Shown here piece after piece: positions 59,387-62,960 of a stretch of 62,960 nt of DNA. Position 1 is the stretch's first letter. Each line of letters starts with the position of its first letter. The stretch is from a virus (taxonomy: Duplodnaviria; Heunggongvirae; Uroviricota; Caudoviricetes). The notes beneath the pieces are model-generated. The model was given only the letters and a program-made list of their open reading frames with translations. It made no database searches and was not told the DNA's origin. Location: positions 1 through 62,960 of the IMG/VR virus record IMGVR_UViG_3300021255_000060, one strand, 5' to 3'. Made by a program: the position numbers and the translations under genes.

Positions 59387-60442
59387 TTACAAAAACTGAA
59401 TTTCCTCATTTGAACCGAAAATTTGATATGCTGCAATTTCTTTAAGACAATATTCGGCTTCTATTTTTCCTTTTTTAAGCCAATACGAATTTAGATTGCA
59501 ACATTTACTATCGAAATTATCTCCAGTATGAACTACAAGGAAATTACATTCAGACTTCCATCCATTTTCTTTAGTTATACCTTCTTTACTATAAAATAAC
59601 CAAAGTATCCAATTATAAAGATAAAGCTGACGATAATAATGATAGTGAACAAGTGAACCATATTCTTCATTCATAAACCAAGGTGTAGGCTTAGATGAAG
59701 TTTTAAGATCATTTAGTGTTAGAGTTTTAGAATCTCGATTTATTGTGTAATTATCTGCTTTCATTTTAAATTTAAGTCTGGCACACTGTTTATCTTTATA
59801 TGTAACAATTAAATCTACAAAGAAAGCGGTTTCATTATATGACTCTACAGGTTGTCCAAAATCATCAATTGGATGAAGTTTTGACATTATTTGGTTATTA
59901 TCTGTGCAAGATTTAACACAACTTTCAACAATGTCGTAATCTTTATCTGACAGAATTATTTCTTCTATACCTTCCTTTTTCCATCTTGGTTCATCCAATT
60001 TTTCCCAATAAGGTGTACATTTTTCAATTATAGAGTTTACTTTTCTATCAATTTGATTTACAAAATATCCTACTTTTGTACAAGCCTCTCTAATAGCATC
60101 AATCCTATCCATTCCATCTTTTTCCAATTTATAAACCATATCTGCAACATCACCGAGTTTTGCAGAAGGCCTACCCATCTTAGGAACAAGTACGAAATCA
60201 TCAGGTTGAAGCAATAGTTCATGTACAGCACTACCAATTTTTAAACTGGATGTTTCAATTTTAGGAGAATTGTTATACAACTCTATAGATCCACCTTCAT
60301 TTGGATTAATATACTTAAGTCTGCTATTACTAATATAATTACTATACTTTTTAGAAAAATATTCTTCGTCTGACATATCAATCCTTTTAATTGAACTCAT
60401 GTCAGGGATAATTTTGAAGTCTGATAATTTTAATTGTAGCAT
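59387..60442 (-). CDS. PD-(D/E)xK exonuclease (RecE/ExoVIII/DUF3799-like)
   Basis: YISNSRLK, SLKIGSAVHELLLQP, KMKADNY, NDLKTSS, YHYYRQLYLY. Confidence 0.85.
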   Translation of the reverse strand: MLQLKLSDFKIIPDMSSIKRIDMSDEEYFSKKYSNYISNSRLKYINPNEGGSIELYNNSPKIETSSLKIGSAVHELLLQPDDFVLVPKMGRPSAKLGDVADMVYKLEKDGMDRIDAIREACTKVGYFVNQIDRKVNSIIEKCTPYWEKLDEPRWKKEGIEEIILSDKDYDIVESCVKSCTDNNQIMSKLHPIDDFGQPVESYNETAFFVDLIVTYKDKQCARLKFKMKADNYTINRDSKTLTLNDLKTSSKPTPWFMNEEYGSLVHYHYYRQLYLYNWILWLFYSKEGITKENGWKSECNFLVVHTGDNFDSKCCNLNSYWLKKGKIEAEYCLKEIAAYQIFGSNEEIQFL

Positions 60443-61206
60443 TATTTTATATTTAAATTTAAATCATAAATACGTCTGTGTCCAACATGATAATATTTAT
60501 TATGTGGAGCATCCATAAGATAACAGAAGATTCCAGCGTCAGTTGCATCTTTATAGTTAGCAAATTTATCGTCAATTAAAATGCTTACATTATGTTCCTT
60601 CAGTAAATCAAGCTTACTTTCATTCCATGGAACACAATAAACTGGAGCACAAGGAAATCCATTTCTTTCCAGATTTTCCTTTGTCCATTCAACTGGAATA
60701 CTTCTACTCGTAATATAAAGGTCTGGTTCAAATGAAGGCATATGTTTTGTTTTCAATGTAGTCCAGAACTCTTTATCTGTAGAAAGTTCTGTTAGTTTGT
60801 CCTTCATTTCATATGTACCATTCCAATAATCGTTTAATTTGATACCTGTTTTGCTTTCAAAACCTCCAACAAAATCTAAACAGACATCATCAATATCCAA
60901 TGCTACAATAGGTCTATTAATCGGAAGAAATTCACGATTGTCACCAGCGGGATTTATGAAAAAGTATTCTGTTAGAATTAAAGCATTTGCAGCAACTTCT
61001 GCAATACTTAAGTTATTTTCGGGAGTAAAATCTTCTCCAAGCTCAAATGCGGTTAAGTGCTTTTTAAGAGAAGACAGGACTTCTGTCCATTTCAGTCCTG
61101 TCTTCCAACCATTAACTTCGTATTTATCTAATTTTGAAGTTAAAACTTTATTTACTTCGTTTAGACCCCGCATAGGGACTAAATCGTATCTAATCTTCTG
61201 ATTCAT
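60442..61206 (-). CDS. DUF5664 (dATP/dGTP diphosphohydrolase-like) fused to HAD 5'(3')-deoxyribonucleotidase-like domain
   Basis: KIRYDLVP..KY..GWKTGLKWTEVLSSLKKHL.AFELGED followed by VALDIDDVCLDF and ILIDDKFANY. Confidence 0.8.
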   Translation of the reverse strand: MNQKIRYDLVPMRGLNEVNKVLTSKLDKYEVNGWKTGLKWTEVLSSLKKHLTAFELGEDFTPENNLSIAEVAANALILTEYFFINPAGDNREFLPINRPIVALDIDDVCLDFVGGFESKTGIKLNDYWNGTYEMKDKLTELSTDKEFWTTLKTKHMPSFEPDLYITSRSIPVEWTKENLERNGFPCAPVYCVPWNESKLDLLKEHNVSILIDDKFANYKDATDAGIFCYLMDAPHNKYYHVGHRRIYDLNLNIK

Positions 61207-62524
61207 TTAATATAAATTTATCTTCTTCTGCGTTCCACTCTATTCGAGGGTCAGTATAAAAATAATATTTTTCGTTAATTTTAACAAATTTGTCGCCATA
61301 CTTATATTTAGCATCATCCTCGTTGACAACTACGTGATCTAAAATATAATCGTCTGGATAATCAATTTCTTCATCATCTTCATCCAATACAGCAAAAACA
61401 TCGTGGCTACTACTTATATAATCAGATAGTGCTTCACAGTACCAACAACAATCATCGCAATAATAATCGTCATCATACTCAGAATAATGCATATCTTCGG
61501 GAAGATCATCCTCATAATCAGTATATGATGTGTGACCGCAACGTGCACAAGTATAACTGTAAGTTTCTTGCCAATATCCATCGGTTCTATCCAAGCTGTT
61601 TGTAAATCCAGACAACTCTTTAGTACAGATAGTATGTTCTCCATCAAAATATCTAAAAGAATCTACATAAGGAAAATATTCGTAGCATTTCTTTATATCC
61701 ATTTTGATAGGTTCATAAGTAACCTCTTGATAATCATCTTTTGGAGTTTTCCATCCTTGCGTTTCTCCAGTACTTAGAAGTGAATTATACTCTCTGATCC
61801 ACCAACCATTGTCCTTTGCATAATCAATGAAACAGTTGTCAAGATAATCAAAGCATGTATAAATCCTATCCAATAAAGTAATACCATTATCAAGTTCCCA
61901 CACAATTGCTCTACCAGTAAGTAAGCCATCTTTTTTAGAGATTAGCATTTTCGCATTATCTACATAAACATCCATATATTTTTGACATTCCCGATAACGC
62001 ATGCAGCTGTTACCAAGAGAACCAGCAATCTTAAAATAGTTGTCTTCAAGATACCATTTTCTAATATCTTCTCCTTCAACTATTTCAAAATTAGTACAAC
62101 AACAAATTTCAGCTTTCAGTCGATTGTTAAAAGTTTCCCAATCTATGGTTTTAAACTCTTTACGTACAAGTTTCTGAAAGATTCTAGTTGGTTTCCCAGA
62201 TTGTCTATTTTTTCTTGCCCAATCACCATTGTCATTATACTCTGCTTCTTTTCCTTCAGGAAGAAAACTGACTTCAAAGTCACCTCCCATTCTTGCAGTA
62301 ATCATTCTTACAGAATTTGTAACTAATTCGTTTACTGCATCTGGAACAAGAGAGAATACACTATACAGTGCATCATCCTCAGAAATCCAAGTATTTCTAT
62401 TATATGTATCAACAAGTTCATGAGTTTTACATATAATATTGGCGATTGGATCGTCATACTTATTACGTATAACTTTAAAGACCTCATACAGAGATCCACT
62501 CAAAATAGGTAAAAGTTTTTCCAT
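61190..62524 (-). CDS. Conserved phage hypothetical protein with C-terminal Cys-rich acidic region
   Basis: 444 aa. LGNSCMRY, GRAIVW, LLDRIY, YFPYVDSF, then CARC and CDDC..C. All 11 Trp are TGG. Confidence 0.7.
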   Translation of the reverse strand: MEKLLPILSGSLYEVFKVIRNKYDDPIANIICKTHELVDTYNRNTWISEDDALYSVFSLVPDAVNELVTNSVRMITARMGGDFEVSFLPEGKEAEYNDNGDWARKNRQSGKPTRIFQKLVRKEFKTIDWETFNNRLKAEICCCTNFEIVEGEDIRKWYLEDNYFKIAGSLGNSCMRYRECQKYMDVYVDNAKMLISKKDGLLTGRAIVWELDNGITLLDRIYTCFDYLDNCFIDYAKDNGWWIREYNSLLSTGETQGWKTPKDDYQEVTYEPIKMDIKKCYEYFPYVDSFRYFDGEHTICTKELSGFTNSLDRTDGYWQETYSYTCARCGHTSYTDYEDDLPEDMHYSEYDDDYYCDDCCWYCEALSDYISSSHDVFAVLDEDDEEIDYPDDYILDHVVVNEDDAKYKYGDKFVKINEKYYFYTDPRIEWNAEEDKFILNESED

Positions 62525-62575
62525 TAATGTTTCCTTTTCAAAAATTTAATATTTTATCTATGGACATTAATGGGG

Positions 62576-62785
62576 CTACTCAGTAGTCCCATCTACCGGA
62601 TTAAGTCCGGCTAAAATTAATTGTGATATATACATTACAAGGTCTTTAGAAAGATCCTCGTTTTTATCTGGCATAGGTTCAATTTGAACTTCTTTTATCT
62701 CAACAACATCTGTTTCTTCGTTATACTCCATTGGAATTATAACTATTCTGTTTTCTCCGTTAATACTGATTTTTATTTTTTGCAT
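62576..62785 (-). CDS. Small acidic hypothetical protein
   Basis: 69 aa ORF with ATG and TAG. Confidence 0.6.
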   Translation of the reverse strand: MQKIKISINGENRIVIIPMEYNEETDVVEIKEVQIEPMPDKNEDLSKDLVMYISQLILAGLNPVDGTTE

Positions 62786-62790
62786 ATAAT

Positions 62791-62822
62791 ATAAAAGGAA
62801 GCCCTGTTATTCAGAGCTTCCT
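62791..62822 (-). terminator. Intrinsic terminator (minus strand)
   Basis: aggaagctctg-aataa-cagggcttcct followed by tttatatt. Confidence 0.65.
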
Positions 62823-62959
62823 GCATAAGGTTTAATTAATTTATAAAACAATGACTTGTCCATAATTACTGCTTCTCCAACAGATACTATGTTTACTTCT
62901 CTTTTTTCTTGTTTGGACCAAATGATAACAAATTCTTTTGGATCAACTGTAGATTCCGA
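62807..62959 (-). CDS. C-terminus of a gene truncated by the window edge (possibly a crAss resolvase/endonuclease-like protein)
   Basis: Open frame SESTVDPKEFVIIWSKQEKREVNIVSVGEAVIMDKSLFYKLIKPYAGSSE-TAA. The choice of frame is a judgement call. Confidence 0.4.
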   Translation of the reverse strand, partial: SESTVDPKEFVIIWSKQEKREVNIVSVGEAVIMDKSLFYKLIKPYAGSSE

Positions 62960-62960
62960 T

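Noticed and set aside
44911-62524. Plus-strand or off-frame track ORFs over the replication module (e.g. 52756-53061, 58800-59240, 60839-61201, 55494-55733)
   Set aside because: They fully overlap well-supported genes such as ligase, nrdD and DUF5664-HAD.
1-62960. CRISPR array, DGR (reverse transcriptase/template repeat), IS element or integrase
   Set aside because: No regularly spaced direct repeats, no RT YxDD-type ORF, and no transposase or integrase motifs seen by eye.

Overview
About 63 kb of a crAss-like phage (Crassvirales) genome with a probable Bacteroidota host (TTTG-N19-TAnnTTTG promoters). The + strand (1-44865) is the late module: major capsid C-terminus, conserved capsid/ring/tail genes, tail stabilisation (muzzle) protein, cargo proteins, and five giant virion proteins, including a two-barrel virion RNA polymerase. 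The - strand (44911-62960) is a replication/nucleotide-metabolism module: dNMP kinase, ThyX, PNK-like kinase, RNA ligase, YqeY, ATP-dependent DNA ligase, dUTPase, NrdG/NrdD, GIY-YIG, PD-(D/E)xK exonuclease and a DUF5664-HAD fusion. The two modules converge on a terminator hairpin. The main observation is that TGA is read as Trp (code 4). The short standard-code ORFs join in one frame into full-length genes, TGA falls on positions where homologous families have Trp, and every complete gene I traced ends in TAA or TAG. Recoding is patterned. The high-copy capsid genes and most - strand genes have no TGA, while the tail/cargo/vRNAP genes plus DNA ligase, NrdD/G, dNMP kinase and GIY-YIG depend on it. 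I also found a promoter- and terminator-bounded ~113-nt candidate sRNA (13019-13131), a GU-rich 17-bp leader hairpin before the RNA ligase, and a recurring K[FY]QxGG / KxGGK motif in cargo proteins. Family names come from motifs I recognise, not from database searches. TGA counts are hand counts.
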